Below the pieces are notes generated by a model, which searched no databases, was not told the DNA's origin, and saw only the letters and a list, made by a program, of their open reading frames with translations. From Sphingomonas sp. (GTDB lineage Bacteria > Pseudomonadota > Alphaproteobacteria > Sphingomonadales > Sphingomonadaceae): DNA of 64,000 bases. The translations under genes were made by a program, and so were the position numbers. Of the stretch, positions 37,957 through 49,701 are shown piece by piece (within the stretch, counting starts at the first letter, position 1; the number at the start of each line of letters is the position of its first letter). The DNA lies in the NCBI RefSeq assembly GCF_965200105.1, contig NZ_CBDATN010000003.1:225863-289862 (forward strand), written 5' to 3'.

Positions 37957-39444
37957 ATGATCTTCGATCGGGTGAAGCCGCTGGACGCGATCCTCGCGAC
38001 GGCGGAGAAGAAGGGGCTGCAACGCACGCTGGGCGCGTTCCAGCTCACCATGCTGGGCATCGGCGCCGTCATCGGCACCGGCATCTTCGTGCTGACGTCG
38101 GAGGCCGCGCAGAAGGCGGGGCCGGGCATGCTGCTCTCCTTCGTGCTCGCGGGCTTCGTCTGCGCGGTGGCGGCGCTGTGCTATTCCGAACTCGCCTCGA
38201 TGGTGCCGGTCGCGGGGTCGGCCTACACCTACACCTACGCGGTGATGGGCGAGCTGCTCGCCTGGATGGTCGGCTGGGCGCTGATCCTGGAATATGCGGT
38301 GGGCGCGAGCGCGGTGGCGGTGGGCTGGTCGGGCTATTTCGTCGGCCTGCTCGATCGCGGGCTCGGGCTGCACATACCCGACGCGATCGCGGGCGGCCCC
38401 AACCAGGGCGGCTTCATCAATCTGCCGGCGGTCGTGATCTCGGCGCTGGTCACGTGGCTGCTCGTCGTCGGCACCACCGAGAGCGCGCGGGTGAACGCGG
38501 TCCTGGTGTGCATCAAGGTGGCGGCGCTCACGCTCTTCGTGGCGCTCTCGGTGCCCGCGATGAACACGGAGCATTTCACACCCCTGCTGCCCACCGGCGT
38601 CGCCGGCATGGCGGGCGCTGCGGCGTCGATCTTCTTCGCCTATGTGGGGTTCGATGCCGTCTCCACCGCGGCGGAGGAGACGCGCGACCCGCAGCGCAAC
38701 GTGCCCATCGGCCTGATCGGCAGCCTGATCTTCTGCACCATCTTCTACCTGCTGGTCGCCGCCGGCGCGATCGGCGCCACCCACGACTCCAGCTTCGCGC
38801 AACCCGTTCGCGACGCCGGCGGTACGCTGCTGGAACCCGGCAGCCTGGCGCTCGCCGCCCGCTGCAACGCGATCGGCGGCGTGCAGCCGCTGGCGTGCAG
38901 CCACGAGGCGCTGGCGCACGTGCTGCGCTCGATCGGCTGGGTGAAGATCGGCAACCTGATCGGGCTCGCCGCCTTCCTGGCGCTGCCGTCGGTGGTGCTG
39001 ATGATGATGTTCGGGCAGATCCGCGTGTTCTTCGCGATGGCGCGCGACGGCTTGCTGCCCGAGCGGCTCGCCGCCGTGCACCCGCGCTTCCACACGCCGC
39101 ACGTCATGACGATCGTCACCGGCGTGGTGGTGATCCTGATGTCGGCCTTCCTGCCGGTCGGCAAGCTCGTCGACTACTCGAACTCGGGCACGCTGTTCGC
39201 CTTCGCGATGGTGGCGATCTCGGTGCTGGTGCTGCGGCGCGTCGATCCCGGCCGGCGGCGGCCGTTCCGCACGCCGGCGGTGTACGTGGTGGCGCCGCTC
39301 GCGATCGCCGGCTGCGCCTACCTGTTCTTCTCGCTCAACCTGATCGCGATGCTGGTGCTGCCGGTGTGGGGTGCGCTGGGCCTCGTCATCTACTTCACCT
39401 ACAGCCGCCCGCGCAGCCATGTCGGGCGCGGCGTCCCCGACTAA
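37957..39444 (+). CDS. APC-family amino acid permease
   Basis: GAVIGTGIF, YSELASMVPVAGSAY, FFAYVGFDAVSTAAEE. Confidence 0.93.
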   Translation: MIFDRVKPLDAILATAEKKGLQRTLGAFQLTMLGIGAVIGTGIFVLTSEAAQKAGPGMLLSFVLAGFVCAVAALCYSELASMVPVAGSAYTYTYAVMGELLAWMVGWALILEYAVGASAVAVGWSGYFVGLLDRGLGLHIPDAIAGGPNQGGFINLPAVVISALVTWLLVVGTTESARVNAVLVCIKVAALTLFVALSVPAMNTEHFTPLLPTGVAGMAGAAASIFFAYVGFDAVSTAAEETRDPQRNVPIGLIGSLIFCTIFYLLVAAGAIGATHDSSFAQPVRDAGGTLLEPGSLALAARCNAIGGVQPLACSHEALAHVLRSIGWVKIGNLIGLAAFLALPSVVLMMMFGQIRVFFAMARDGLLPERLAAVHPRFHTPHVMTIVTGVVVILMSAFLPVGKLVDYSNSGTLFAFAMVAISVLVLRRVDPGRRRPFRTPAVYVVAPLAIAGCAYLFFSLNLIAMLVLPVWGALGLVIYFTYSRPRSHVGRGVPD

Positions 39445-39452
39445 GACCGCGA

Positions 39453-40448
39453 TCAGCCCAGCCGCGCGGCGACGAGCGCCTTCAGGTCCGCCTCGGGCCG
39501 CGCGCCATAGTGCGAGATGATCTCGGCGGCGGCGACCGCGCCCATCGTCAGGCACTCGCCGAGCGGACGGTCGCGCACCAGGCCCGTCAGGAAGCCCGCC
39601 GAGAACAGGTCGCCCGCCCCCGTCGTGTCGACCACGCGCGCGACGGGCTCGGCGGCGACCTCGGCGCGCTCGTCGCCGCGCAGCGCCACCGCGCCGTCGG
39701 CGCCGCGCGTCACCACCAGCAGCGGCACGCGCGCGCGGAGCGCCGCGATCCCCGCTTCGAACCCGGCCTCGCCAGTCAGCGCGGCGAGTTCCTCCTCGTT
39801 GGCGAACAGGATGTCGATGTCGCCCGCGTCGATCATCGCGTCGAAGTCCGCCTTGTGGCCGAGGATGCAGAACACCGCCGAGACGCCGAGCGCCACCTGC
39901 CGCCCGGCGGCGCGCGCGAAGCCCACCGCGCGGCGCATCGCCTCGCGCGGTTCGGCCGGATCCCACAGATAGCCTTCGAGCAGCAGCACGCGGGCGGACG
40001 CCACCGTCGCCTCGTCCACCGCCTCGCGCGGCAGATACTGAGCGGCGCCGAGATAGGTGTTCATCGTCCGCTGCCCGTCGGGCGTGACGAGGATCAGGCA
40101 GCGCCCGGTCGGCACGTCGGCCCCGCGCGGCGCCACCTCGCACGCGACGCCCTGCGCGCGCAGATCGTGGACATAGACTTCGCCGAGCTGGTCGTCCGCC
40201 ACTTGGCCCACGAAGGCGCAGGCGGCGCCCATCGCGGCGGCCCCCGCCAGCGTGTTCGCCGCCGATCCGCCCGACACCTCGCGCCCCGGCCCCATGCGCG
40301 CGTAGAGATCGGTCGCGCGCGCGGCGTCGATCAGCGTCATGTCGCCCCTGGCCATGCCTTCGTCCGTCACGAAGGCGTCGGCGGCGGGCGCGATCACATC
40401 GACGATGGCGTTGCCGATGGCGAGGATGTCAATCGTCGGTTCGGCCAT
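39453..40448 (-). CDS. PfkB-family (adenosine) kinase
   Basis: GNAIVD, SGGSAANT, DTTGAGDLF. Confidence 0.9.
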   Translation of the reverse strand: MAEPTIDILAIGNAIVDVIAPAADAFVTDEGMARGDMTLIDAARATDLYARMGPGREVSGGSAANTLAGAAAMGAACAFVGQVADDQLGEVYVHDLRAQGVACEVAPRGADVPTGRCLILVTPDGQRTMNTYLGAAQYLPREAVDEATVASARVLLLEGYLWDPAEPREAMRRAVGFARAAGRQVALGVSAVFCILGHKADFDAMIDAGDIDILFANEEELAALTGEAGFEAGIAALRARVPLLVVTRGADGAVALRGDERAEVAAEPVARVVDTTGAGDLFSAGFLTGLVRDRPLGECLTMGAVAAAEIISHYGARPEADLKALVAARLG

Positions 40449-40473
40449 GCGCGTGCTCCATGCTGGGGACGGA

Positions 40474-40552
40474 GACGCGCCTAGCTGCGCGGCCCGTTCG
40501 GAGGACGCGCCTAGCTGCGCGGCCCCGTTTGCGGGACGCGCCTAGCTGCGCG
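40474..40552. repeat. Three direct repeats of GACGCGCCTAGCTGCGCG
   Basis: Exact 18-mer at 40474, 40504 and 40535, in a divergent intergenic region. Confidence 0.9.
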
Positions 40553-40580
40553 CCTGGGGCCGTGGCAAGGCGGGCGCGCC

Positions 40581-40961
40581 ATGATTCGCCGCCTCGTCAC
40601 GCCGCTCGCCCCGCCGCTCCTCCTCGCGCTCCTCGTGGCGGGCTGCGCCGGCGCGCCGCGCCCCGGCGGCCCGGCAACCGAGCGGCCGGCCGACCTCCAC
40701 GAAGCGGGGCTGGAGCGTGTGGTGGGCAGGACCGCACGCGATTTGGTGGCGCTGTTCGGCCCGGCCGATCTGGATTCGCGCGAGGGCCAGGCGCGCCGGC
40801 TCCAGTTCGTCGGCCCGGCCTGCGTGCTCGACGCCTATCTCTACCCCGACAAGGGCAGCGAGCCGACCGTCACCTATCTCGACACGCGACGCCGCGACGG
40901 CGACGATATCGACCGGGCATCCTGCGTGGCGGCGCTGGCGCGGCGCGACGCGGCGAAATAG
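40581..40961 (+). CDS. Putative lipoprotein
   Basis: Lipobox LVAGC after a hydrophobic signal sequence. Confidence 0.75.
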   Translation: MIRRLVTPLAPPLLLALLVAGCAGAPRPGGPATERPADLHEAGLERVVGRTARDLVALFGPADLDSREGQARRLQFVGPACVLDAYLYPDKGSEPTVTYLDTRRRDGDDIDRASCVAALARRDAAK

Positions 40962-40962
40962 C

Positions 40963-42003
40963 TCAGGCGGCCGCCAGCTCCGCCAGCGCCCAGCCGGCGG
41001 CCTCGCGCACCGTCTCGGACGGATCGTCGAGCAGCCGCGCGAGCGGCGCGCGCAGCGCCGCCTCCCCGCTGTTGCCCGCCGCCACCGCCGCGTTCCGCAC
41101 CATCCGGTCGCGCCCGATGCGCTTGATCGGCGATCCCGCGAACACCTGCCGGAACGCGGCATCGTCGAGCGCCAGCAGGTCGGCGATGGCGGGCGCCGCC
41201 AGCTCGGCGCGCGGTGCGAAGGCGAGGTTGGCGTGGGCGGACGCCGCGAACTTGTTCCACGGGCACACCGCCAGGCAATCGTCGCAGCCATAGACGCGGT
41301 TGCCGATCGCGCGCCGGAACTCGACCGGGATCGGCCCGTCATGCTCGATCGTGAGGTAAGAGACGCAGCGCCGCGCATCGAGCCGGTAGGGCGCGGGGAA
41401 CGCGTCGGTCGGGCACGCCCGCTGGCAGGCGTCGCACGATCCGCAGCTCGCCGCGATCGGCGCGTCGGGCTCCAGCTTCGCGGCGGTGAGGATGCAGCCA
41501 ATCAGCAACCACGAACCATGCTCGCGGCTGACGAGATTGGTATGCTTGCCCTGCCAGCCGATGCCCGCGGCGGCGGCGAGCGGCTTCTCCATGAGGGGTG
41601 CGGTATCGACGAAGACCTTGAGCGGCAGCCCGCTCTCGGCACCCAGCCAGCGGCCCAGCGCCTTCAGCGCGCGCTTGACGACGTCGTGGTAATCCTGCCC
41701 CTGCGCGTAGGCGGAGATGCGCGCGACGCCGCCCTCCCCCGCCAGCCGCAGCGGATCGGCGGCGGGCGCGTAGCTCATCCCCAACATGATCGCGGCGCGC
41801 GCCTCGGGCCACAGCGCGGCGGGCGAGCGGCGGTGATGGCTCCGCGCCTCCATCCACCCCATCGTGCCATGCGCGCCGTCCGCCAGCCACTCGACCAGCC
41901 GCTCGCCGGGCAGCGGCTCGTCGAGCCTGTCGGTCACGCCGCACGCGACGAAGCCCGCGCGCGCGGCCTCGGCCTTCAGGCGTCGGGTGAGGCTGTCCGG
42001 CAT
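40963..42003 (-). CDS. queG: tRNA epoxyqueuosine reductase
   Basis: YAQGQDYH, FVDTAP, CGSCDACQRACPT and YGCDDCLAVCPWN Fe-S motifs. Confidence 0.95.
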   Translation of the reverse strand: MPDSLTRRLKAEAARAGFVACGVTDRLDEPLPGERLVEWLADGAHGTMGWMEARSHHRRSPAALWPEARAAIMLGMSYAPAADPLRLAGEGGVARISAYAQGQDYHDVVKRALKALGRWLGAESGLPLKVFVDTAPLMEKPLAAAAGIGWQGKHTNLVSREHGSWLLIGCILTAAKLEPDAPIAASCGSCDACQRACPTDAFPAPYRLDARRCVSYLTIEHDGPIPVEFRRAIGNRVYGCDDCLAVCPWNKFAASAHANLAFAPRAELAAPAIADLLALDDAAFRQVFAGSPIKRIGRDRMVRNAAVAAGNSGEAALRAPLARLLDDPSETVREAAGWALAELAAA

Positions 42004-42054
42004 CACCGCTCCATAGCACGGCCGACACACAAGTCGCCGGCCATTGTCCTGCCC

Positions 42055-42083
42055 TTGACAGGACGATCCGTATAGGTTACATA
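42055..42083 (+). promoter_or_regulatory. Putative sigma70 promoter with no obvious downstream ORF
   Basis: TTGACA (42055-42060), then 17 nt, then TACATA (42078-42083). Confidence 0.45.
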
Positions 42084-42384
42084 CCCCACCGTTCGCTCAC
42101 CCTGCTGACGAGGAGGGCGCGAGCGGACGGGATGGGACGGCGCCGGGGCCACGGCACCCGCGACCGTCCGGACGGTCGGCGCGCTGGGCAGCGGAGGCTT
42201 CCCTCGCATCGCATGTTCCACCAGGCCGGCGGGCCACATGGGGGCCGTGCCCTGAGCACCCCCGTCTGAAGTCCGCCCGCCGCAACCGGGACGCCCGCCA
42301 CGGCGGGCGAAGGTCCCACAAGCGGGGAGCCAACCCCGCACCCCTCCGCCGCCACGCGGCACGCGAGGGCGCCGGCCGTCTCTC

Positions 42385-42779
42385 TCATCCGGACGGAGGC
42401 GGAGCCGTGCCCGCAATCCAACATCGGTCGCGTCGCCCGGCCACGCCTCGCGCCACAGGAAGGGCACCGAACCCGCGAGGAAGCCGAGCAGGCCGGTCTG
42501 CGCCAGCAGCGCGCCGCCGACGAGCGCGATGCCCAGGCCAATGCTGGCGGTGACGTTCGCGCCGACGTCCGCCACCATCACCGCGAGCGCGAGGCCGAGG
42601 CCCGCCCGCCGCCGCCCCGTCGCCAGCAGCAGCACCACCGCCCCGTCGAGCGGCGCGAGCGCGGACCAGAAGGCCTCCAGCGGCCACGGCGCCCAGCGAT
42701 AGGGACGCGGCCCCGCGACCAGATAGTCGCGGACGTGGTTGCAGCAGCCGACCGCGAAGCAGATCGCGACGACGGCCAC
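42385..42779 (-). CDS. Membrane protein, 3' end uncertain
   Basis: N-terminal ~110 aa are hydrophobic (NHVRD...PYRWAPWPLEAFWSAL). The listed frame then runs on as low-complexity sequence to 42003. Confidence 0.45.
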
Positions 42780-42810
42780 GGCGGCCCGCGCCGCGCGCGA
42801 GCCTTGCGCC

Positions 42811-43926
42811 TCAGGCGAGGCTCACCTGCCCGCCGGCGTGGCGATCCAGCCGCCCGGCGAGCTCCAGCTCCAGCAGCACCGTCTGCACGATCGCGGGCGG
42901 CCGGCCGGACTGGCGGACGATCTCGTCGACCGGCACCGCCGCCGGGCCGAGCAGCCCCGTCACCACCGCGCGGTCGCGGTCGTCGGCGTCGGCGGCGCGC
43001 GGGCCGCTCCAGCCGCCGGCGGGCTCGGCGATGCCGCCGCGCGGATCGATCGGGCGCACCGCCTCCATCACGTCGTCGGCGGTCTGGATCAGCGTCGCGC
43101 CGTCGCGGATGAGCTGGTTGCAGCCCTGCGCGCGCGGATCGAGCGGGCTGCCCGGCACCGCCAGCACCTCGCGGCCATAATCGGCGGCGTGGCGCGCGGT
43201 GATGAGCGAGCCGGACTTGGGCGCCGCCTCCACCACCACCACCGCCTGCGCCAGCCCGGCGATGATGCGGTTGCGATAGGGAAAGTGGCGCGCGCGCGGC
43301 TCGGTGCCCGGCGGCTGCTCGGCGACCAGCAGGCCTCGGCGGGCCACCTGCTCCTGGAGCTCGGCATTCTCGGGCGGGTAGACGATGTCGATGCCGCCCG
43401 CGATCACCGCCACCGTGCCGCCGTCGAGCGCGCCCATATGCGCCGCCGTGTCGATGCCGCGCGCCAGTCCCGAGGCCACCGTCACGCCGCGCGCGCCGAG
43501 ATCGTGGCCGAGCCCGCGCGCGAAGCGGCACGCGGCGGCGGACGCGTTGCGCGCGCCGACGATCGCCACCACCGGCCGATCGACGAGCGCCCGGTCGCCG
43601 CGCACGATCAGCGCGGGCGGCGCGGTCTGGATCTCGGCGAGCGCGGCGGGATAGCCGGGCAGGCCCAGGAACAGGTAGCGCGCGTCGGCCGCCTCCACCG
43701 CCTCGACCTCGCGCTCGATCGCGCCGGCCGGCGGCACGGCGGGTGGCTTGCCGCCGCCGCGTCGCGCGAGGTCGGGCACGGCGGCGAGCGCGGCGGCCGC
43801 GTCGCCGAAGCGCGCGAGGAGCTGACGATAGGTGACGGGGCCGACCGTGGCGGTGCGGATCAGCCGCAGCCTGGCGATGCGGTCCTCGCGCACGCCTCCC
43901 GTCGCCTCCGCCACCCGTGCGTGCAT
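42811..43926 (-). CDS. dprA: DNA-processing protein DprA
   Basis: VAIVGARNAS, SGLARGID, FPYRNRIIAGL, VVEAAPKSGSLITA. Confidence 0.95.
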   Translation of the reverse strand: MHARVAEATGGVREDRIARLRLIRTATVGPVTYRQLLARFGDAAAALAAVPDLARRGGGKPPAVPPAGAIEREVEAVEAADARYLFLGLPGYPAALAEIQTAPPALIVRGDRALVDRPVVAIVGARNASAAACRFARGLGHDLGARGVTVASGLARGIDTAAHMGALDGGTVAVIAGGIDIVYPPENAELQEQVARRGLLVAEQPPGTEPRARHFPYRNRIIAGLAQAVVVVEAAPKSGSLITARHAADYGREVLAVPGSPLDPRAQGCNQLIRDGATLIQTADDVMEAVRPIDPRGGIAEPAGGWSGPRAADADDRDRAVVTGLLGPAAVPVDEIVRQSGRPPAIVQTVLLELELAGRLDRHAGGQVSLA

Positions 43927-44540
43927 CAGGATCCGGCGCCGACGCGCGGCTCGGTGCCGTCGAGCAGCCGCTCGACATTGCCGCGATGCTTCCACAGCAC
44001 GACGATCATCATGCCCAGGAACAGCAGCGTCAGCCCTGGTTCGTCGATCACCGCCGCCGCCACCGGCGTCGCCGCCGCCGCCGTCATCCCGCCGACCGAG
44101 CTGTGGCGGGTGAGCGCCACGGCGAGCAGCCACGCGCCCGCGAAGGCGAGCCCGCACTGCCAGGAGAGGCTCGCCGCCACGCCGAGCATCGTCGCCACGC
44201 CCTTGCCGCCCCGGAAGCGCAGCCACACCGGGTAGAGGTGGCCGAGGAAGGCGAACAGGCCCGCGACCATCGCCGGCAGCGAGGGCGCGAGCAGTTCGGG
44301 GTGGAGCGCCTGTACGAGCAGCACGGCGGCCGCCCCCTTCAGCGCGTCAAACAGCAGCGTCGCGGCGGCGAGCGCCTTGCCGCCGGTGCGCAGCACGTTG
44401 GTGGCGCCGATGTTGCGCGAACCCGCGTGGCGCGGATCGGGCGCGCCCGCGATCCGCGTGACCAGCAGCCCGAACGGGATCGAGCCGAGCACGTAGCCGA
44501 TCAGCGCCGCGGCGAGCAGGATGGATCCGGCCGACGACAT
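43926..44540 (-). CDS. plsY: Glycerol-3-phosphate acyltransferase
   Basis: YVLGSIPFG, NIGATNV, FRGGKGVAT, KHRGN. Confidence 0.95.
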   Translation of the reverse strand: MSSAGSILLAAALIGYVLGSIPFGLLVTRIAGAPDPRHAGSRNIGATNVLRTGGKALAAATLLFDALKGAAAVLLVQALHPELLAPSLPAMVAGLFAFLGHLYPVWLRFRGGKGVATMLGVAASLSWQCGLAFAGAWLLAVALTRHSSVGGMTAAAATPVAAAVIDEPGLTLLFLGMMIVVLWKHRGNVERLLDGTEPRVGAGS

Positions 44541-44691
44541 CCGCGGTAAGCCCCCTCTCCCAGCCGCGCGAAGATAGTCGATTATGCCGGCCGCGCAACA
44601 AGCGGATCGGCGCGGCCGGCGTAATCGGATGAAGTCGCGCGTTAATTTCGGCAGGCGTTGCCGGCACCTCGCGCCATGCTATCGCCGCGTC

Positions 44692-45486
44692 ATGACCGAC
44701 CGGCGCCCCCTCCTGTTCTTCGACTCCGGTGTCGGCGGCCTGTCGGTGCTGGATGCGGTGCGCGCGCTGCGCCCCGCCGCGCCGATCGTCTACGTCGCGG
44801 ATTCGGGCGGCTTCCCCTACGGCACGCGCGGCGAGGCGGAGATCGCGGCCCGCGTGCCGGCGCTGCTCGGCCGGTTCGCGGAACGCTACCGGCCGCGGCT
44901 GGTGGTGATCGCGTGCAACACCGCGTCGACGATCGCGCTCGCCGCCGTGCGCGCGGCGCTCGACCTGCCGATCGTCGGCACGGTGCCGGCGATCAAGCCG
45001 GCGGCGCTGCTGTCGCGCACGCGCGCGATCGGGGTGCTCGGCACCGAGGCGACGGTGCGCCAGCCCTATGTCGATCGACTCGCCGCCGAGTTCGCGGCGG
45101 ACTGCACCGTCGTCCGCCACGGCTCGGCGTGGCTGGTCGAGCTCGCCGAGGCGGCGCTGCGTGGGCATCCGGGCGATCCCGCCGAGTACCGCGCCATCCT
45201 CGCCGGGCTGCTCGACCGGCCGAGCGGCGACGCGATCGACACGGTGGTGCTCGCCTGCACGCACTTCCCGCTCGTCGCGGACCAATTGGCGGCGGCGAGC
45301 CCGCGCCCGATCGCCTTCGTGGACGGCGCGGCGGGGATCGCGCGGCGCGTCGCCTCGCTGTTGGGGCAGGAGGATCGGACGACGGAGCCGGGCGAGGGCA
45401 CGGCGGTGTTCACCTCGGATATCAACGTCGACGCGCTGCGTCCCGCGCTCGCCGCACGCGGCCTCTCGCGGATCGAGCGGCTGTGA
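44692..45486 (+). CDS. murI: Glutamate racemase
   Basis: FDSGVGGLSV, ACNTAS, LACTHFP. Confidence 0.95.
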   Translation: MTDRRPLLFFDSGVGGLSVLDAVRALRPAAPIVYVADSGGFPYGTRGEAEIAARVPALLGRFAERYRPRLVVIACNTASTIALAAVRAALDLPIVGTVPAIKPAALLSRTRAIGVLGTEATVRQPYVDRLAAEFAADCTVVRHGSAWLVELAEAALRGHPGDPAEYRAILAGLLDRPSGDAIDTVVLACTHFPLVADQLAAASPRPIAFVDGAAGIARRVASLLGQEDRTTEPGEGTAVFTSDINVDALRPALAARGLSRIERL

Positions 45487-45557
45487 CGTCGCCGCCTCAC
45501 TCGTCCTGATCGAGACGTTGCGCGGCGAGATGCTGGAAAGCGCCCGCCGCGCGCGCT

Positions 45558-46805
45558 ATGGACGCCTCCGAAAGGTACGGGAGAGCGGGCTTGGACTATC
45601 AGCGCGTCTTCGCGCAGGCGATCGACCGGCTCCACGCCGAGGGCCGCTACCGCGTGTTCATCGATATCCTGCGCAACAAGGGCGCCTTTCCCAACGCACG
45701 CTGCTTCGCCGGCCATAACGGGCCGAAGCCGATCACGGTGTGGTGCTCCAACGACTATCTCGCGATGGGGCAGCATCCCAAGGTGATCGCGGCGATGGAG
45801 GAGGCGCTGCGCGACGTCGGCGCGGGCTCGGGCGGCACGCGCAACATCGGCGGCAACACGCATTACCACGTCGATCTGGAAGCCGAACTCGCCGACCTCC
45901 ACGGCAAGGAGGGCGCGCTGCTCTTCACCTCGGGCTACGTCTCCAACGAGGCGACGCTGGCGACGCTCGCCAAGGTGCTGCCCGGCTGCGTGATCTTCTC
46001 GGACGAATTGAACCACGCCTCGATGATCGCGGGCATCCGCAACTCGGGCTGCGAGAAGCGCGTGTTCCGGCACAACGATCTCGTCCACCTGGAGGAGCTG
46101 CTCGCCGCCGAGGACCCGGACGCGCCCAAGCTGATCGCGTTCGAGAGCGTCTACTCGATGGATGGCGACGTCGCGCCGATCGCGGCGATCTGCGACCTTG
46201 CCGACAGGTATAACGCGCTCACCTATTGCGACGAGGTCCACGCTGTCGGCATGTACGGTCCGCGCGGCGGCGGCATCACCGAGCGTGACGGCGTGGCGGA
46301 TCGCGTGACGATCGTCGAGGGCACGCTCGGCAAGGCGTTCGGCGTCATGGGCGGCTACATCGCCGCCGACCGCACGATCATCGACGTGATCCGCAGCTAT
46401 GCGCCGGGCTTCATCTTCACCACCTCGCTGTCGCCGGTGCTGGTGGCGGGCGTGCTGGCGAGCGTGCGCCACCTCAAGGCGTCGAGCGTCGAGCGCGACG
46501 GGCAGCAGGCGGCGGCCGCCACCCTCAAGACGCTGTTCGCCGAGGCGGGGTTGCCGGTGATGCCGTCGACCACGCACATCGTGCCGCTGCTCGTCGGCGA
46601 TCCGGTGAAGGCCAAGCGGATCAGCGACATCCTGCTCGCCGAGTATGGCGTCTACGTGCAGCCGATCAACTACCCCACGGTGCAGCGCGGCACCGAGCGG
46701 CTGCGCTTCACGCCCGGCCCCGCCCACACGGCCGCCATGATGCGCGACCTCACCGCCGCGCTGGCCGAGATCTGGGACAGGCTGGCGCTCAGGCTCGCGG
46801 CCTGA
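45558..46805 (+). CDS. hemA: 5-aminolevulinate synthase
   Basis: [41 protein letters not shown] at 45591 is an alternative start. Confidence 0.95.
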   Translation: MDASERYGRAGLDYQRVFAQAIDRLHAEGRYRVFIDILRNKGAFPNARCFAGHNGPKPITVWCSNDYLAMGQHPKVIAAMEEALRDVGAGSGGTRNIGGNTHYHVDLEAELADLHGKEGALLFTSGYVSNEATLATLAKVLPGCVIFSDELNHASMIAGIRNSGCEKRVFRHNDLVHLEELLAAEDPDAPKLIAFESVYSMDGDVAPIAAICDLADRYNALTYCDEVHAVGMYGPRGGGITERDGVADRVTIVEGTLGKAFGVMGGYIAADRTIIDVIRSYAPGFIFTTSLSPVLVAGVLASVRHLKASSVERDGQQAAAATLKTLFAEAGLPVMPSTTHIVPLLVGDPVKAKRISDILLAEYGVYVQPINYPTVQRGTERLRFTPGPAHTAAMMRDLTAALAEIWDRLALRLAA

Positions 46806-46812
46806 GCCGCCG

Positions 46813-47307
46813 CTACAGCAGCGCGGCGAGCACCAGCGTCAGCACCGCGAGACCGGCGGACAGCGGCACGCGCAGCCGCATCCACCAGCGCGGCGCCAGC
46901 CCCTCCCGCGCGAGCCGGCGGTCGACCAGCAGCGTCGCCAGCACGCAGAGCGCGAGCAGCACGACGCTGGGCCCCGGAAACCAGTTCGACAGCACGTGCA
47001 CGCCGAGCGCCGCGAGGCTGGGCAGCACGGCCAGCGCCAGCCAGGGCGAGACGCGGTCCGCCGGCAGCTTCGCCACCGCGATCCCCCACCACAGCCCGCC
47101 GAGGAAGCTCAGGATCAGCCCGACATATTGCAGCCCCACCAGCATCGCGAAATGCTGGAGCTGGACGTCGCCGGTGATGCCCGCGGTCAGCCGCGCCGCG
47201 ATGGCGAGCAGCGGCGGCAGCAGCCCGGCCGCGCCCAGCGCCGCCGCCGCCGGAGGCACGCGACGGCCCGACCGGCCGCCCCCCTCCTCCACCGCACCCG
47301 TCTCCAT
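46813..47307 (-). CDS. DUF3429-like membrane protein
   Basis: LGAAGLLP, ILSFLGGLWWG, WWMRLRVPLS. Confidence 0.8.
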   Translation of the reverse strand: METGAVEEGGGRSGRRVPPAAAALGAAGLLPPLLAIAARLTAGITGDVQLQHFAMLVGLQYVGLILSFLGGLWWGIAVAKLPADRVSPWLALAVLPSLAALGVHVLSNWFPGPSVVLLALCVLATLLVDRRLAREGLAPRWWMRLRVPLSAGLAVLTLVLAALL

Positions 47308-47348
47308 GTCGTCCTCCTTGCCAGCCCCGCGCGATCGCCTACCTTGGA

Positions 47349-47735
47349 ATGATGGACGATATGACACCGAACGGCCGAGCCGCCCCTGCCGACGCACCCG
47401 CGGCGCCACCGATCGTCCACGCCCGCTTCACGGTGGGCGACGTGGTGCGCCACCGCCTGCTCGATTTCCGCGGCGTGATCTTCGACGTCGATCCCGTCTT
47501 CGCCAATACCGAGGAATGGTATCAGGCGATCCCCGAAGGCATCCGGCCGTCCAAGGAGCAGCCCTTCTACCACCTTCTCGCCGAGAATGCCGAGGCGAGC
47601 TACGTCGCCTATGTCAGCCAGCAGAACCTCGAATCGGATCGCTCGGACGAGCCGATCGAGCATCCGGCGATCGACGGGCTGTTCGACGGTTTCTCCGACG
47701 GCCGCTACCGCCTGCGGCGCGAGCACCGTCATTGA
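47349..47735 (+). CDS. hspQ: Heat shock protein HspQ
   Basis: F.VGDVVRHR...FRGVIFDVDP, QPFYHLLAEN, YVSQQNL. Confidence 0.9.
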   Translation: MMDDMTPNGRAAPADAPAAPPIVHARFTVGDVVRHRLLDFRGVIFDVDPVFANTEEWYQAIPEGIRPSKEQPFYHLLAENAEASYVAYVSQQNLESDRSDEPIEHPAIDGLFDGFSDGRYRLRREHRH

Positions 47736-47848
47736 TCGACGCCGGGCACTGATTGACAGGCGGCGGCCGATCCCCTAGCGAACCGCCTCCCGCGCGGGGC
47801 CGTGGCTCGCCGCCGTTCCGCGCGTCCGTTATATTCGAAGAGAGAGCC

Positions 47849-48199
47849 ATGTTCGCTATCGTGCGCACGGGCGGCAAGCAGTATCGCGTCGCCGCCGGGG
47901 ACAAGATCGTCGTCGAGAAGCTCGGCGGCGAGGCCGGCGAGACCGTGTCGCTGGGCGACGTGCTGTTCGCCGGCAGCGACGGCCAGGCGCAGGACGTGGC
48001 GGGCCTTACCGTCTCGGCACGCATCATCGCGCAGGCGAAGGGCGAGAAGGTCATCGTCTTCAAGAAGCGTCGCCGGCACAATTATCGCCGCCGCAACGGC
48101 CACCGCCAGCGGCATACGATCCTCGAGATCCTCTCGGTCGGCGGGTCCGATCAGCAGACGCGGACGGCCACGGCCGAACCCGCCGCCGCCGAAGCGTAA
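47849..48199 (+). CDS. rplU: 50S ribosomal protein L21
   Basis: [31 protein letters not shown]. Confidence 0.96.
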   Translation: MFAIVRTGGKQYRVAAGDKIVVEKLGGEAGETVSLGDVLFAGSDGQAQDVAGLTVSARIIAQAKGEKVIVFKKRRRHNYRRRNGHRQRHTILEILSVGGSDQQTRTATAEPAAAEA

Positions 48200-48215
48200 G
48201 CGGGAGTAGCATCAG

Positions 48216-48485
48216 ATGGCACATAAGAAGGCAGGCGGCTCCTCGCGCAACGGCCGCGACTCGGCGGGGCGTCGGCTTGGCGTCAAGAAGTTCGGCGGCG
48301 AGCAGGTGATCGGCGGCAACATCATCATCCGCCAGCGCGGCACCCGCGTCTATCCGGGCGTCGGCGTCGGCATCGGCAAGGATCATACGCTGTACGCGCT
48401 GGCTGACGGCCGCGTCCGCTTTCACGACGGCAAGCTCGGCCGCAAGTACGTGTCGGTCGACGAGCAGGCGCTCGCCGCCGAGTAG
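48216..48485 (+). CDS. rpmA: 50S ribosomal protein L27
   Basis: [24 protein letters not shown]. Confidence 0.97.
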   Translation: MAHKKAGGSSRNGRDSAGRRLGVKKFGGEQVIGGNIIIRQRGTRVYPGVGVGIGKDHTLYALADGRVRFHDGKLGRKYVSVDEQALAAE

Positions 48486-48525
48486 GGCTGGCCTATCGAT
48501 TGTTTCGGAAGGGGGGCCGGGATGA

Positions 48526-49605
<1,080 letters not shown>

Positions 49606-49701
49606 CGGTCCGGCGATCGGCATAGAGACGCCGCTTCCCCTCCGCCCCCAAGCTCGTCGCGAGGCGCTGGCCCTGCTCTTGGGCGGGACGGGGCTTCGAC
49701 C

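Noticed and set aside
40474-40552. Mini CRISPR array
   Set aside because: Repeats are 18 bp with 12-13 nt similar spacers, and there are no cas genes in the window.
42100-42135. Hammerhead ribozyme (CTGACGAG core)
   Set aside because: No downstream GAAA or third stem; the motif sits in a simple hairpin loop.
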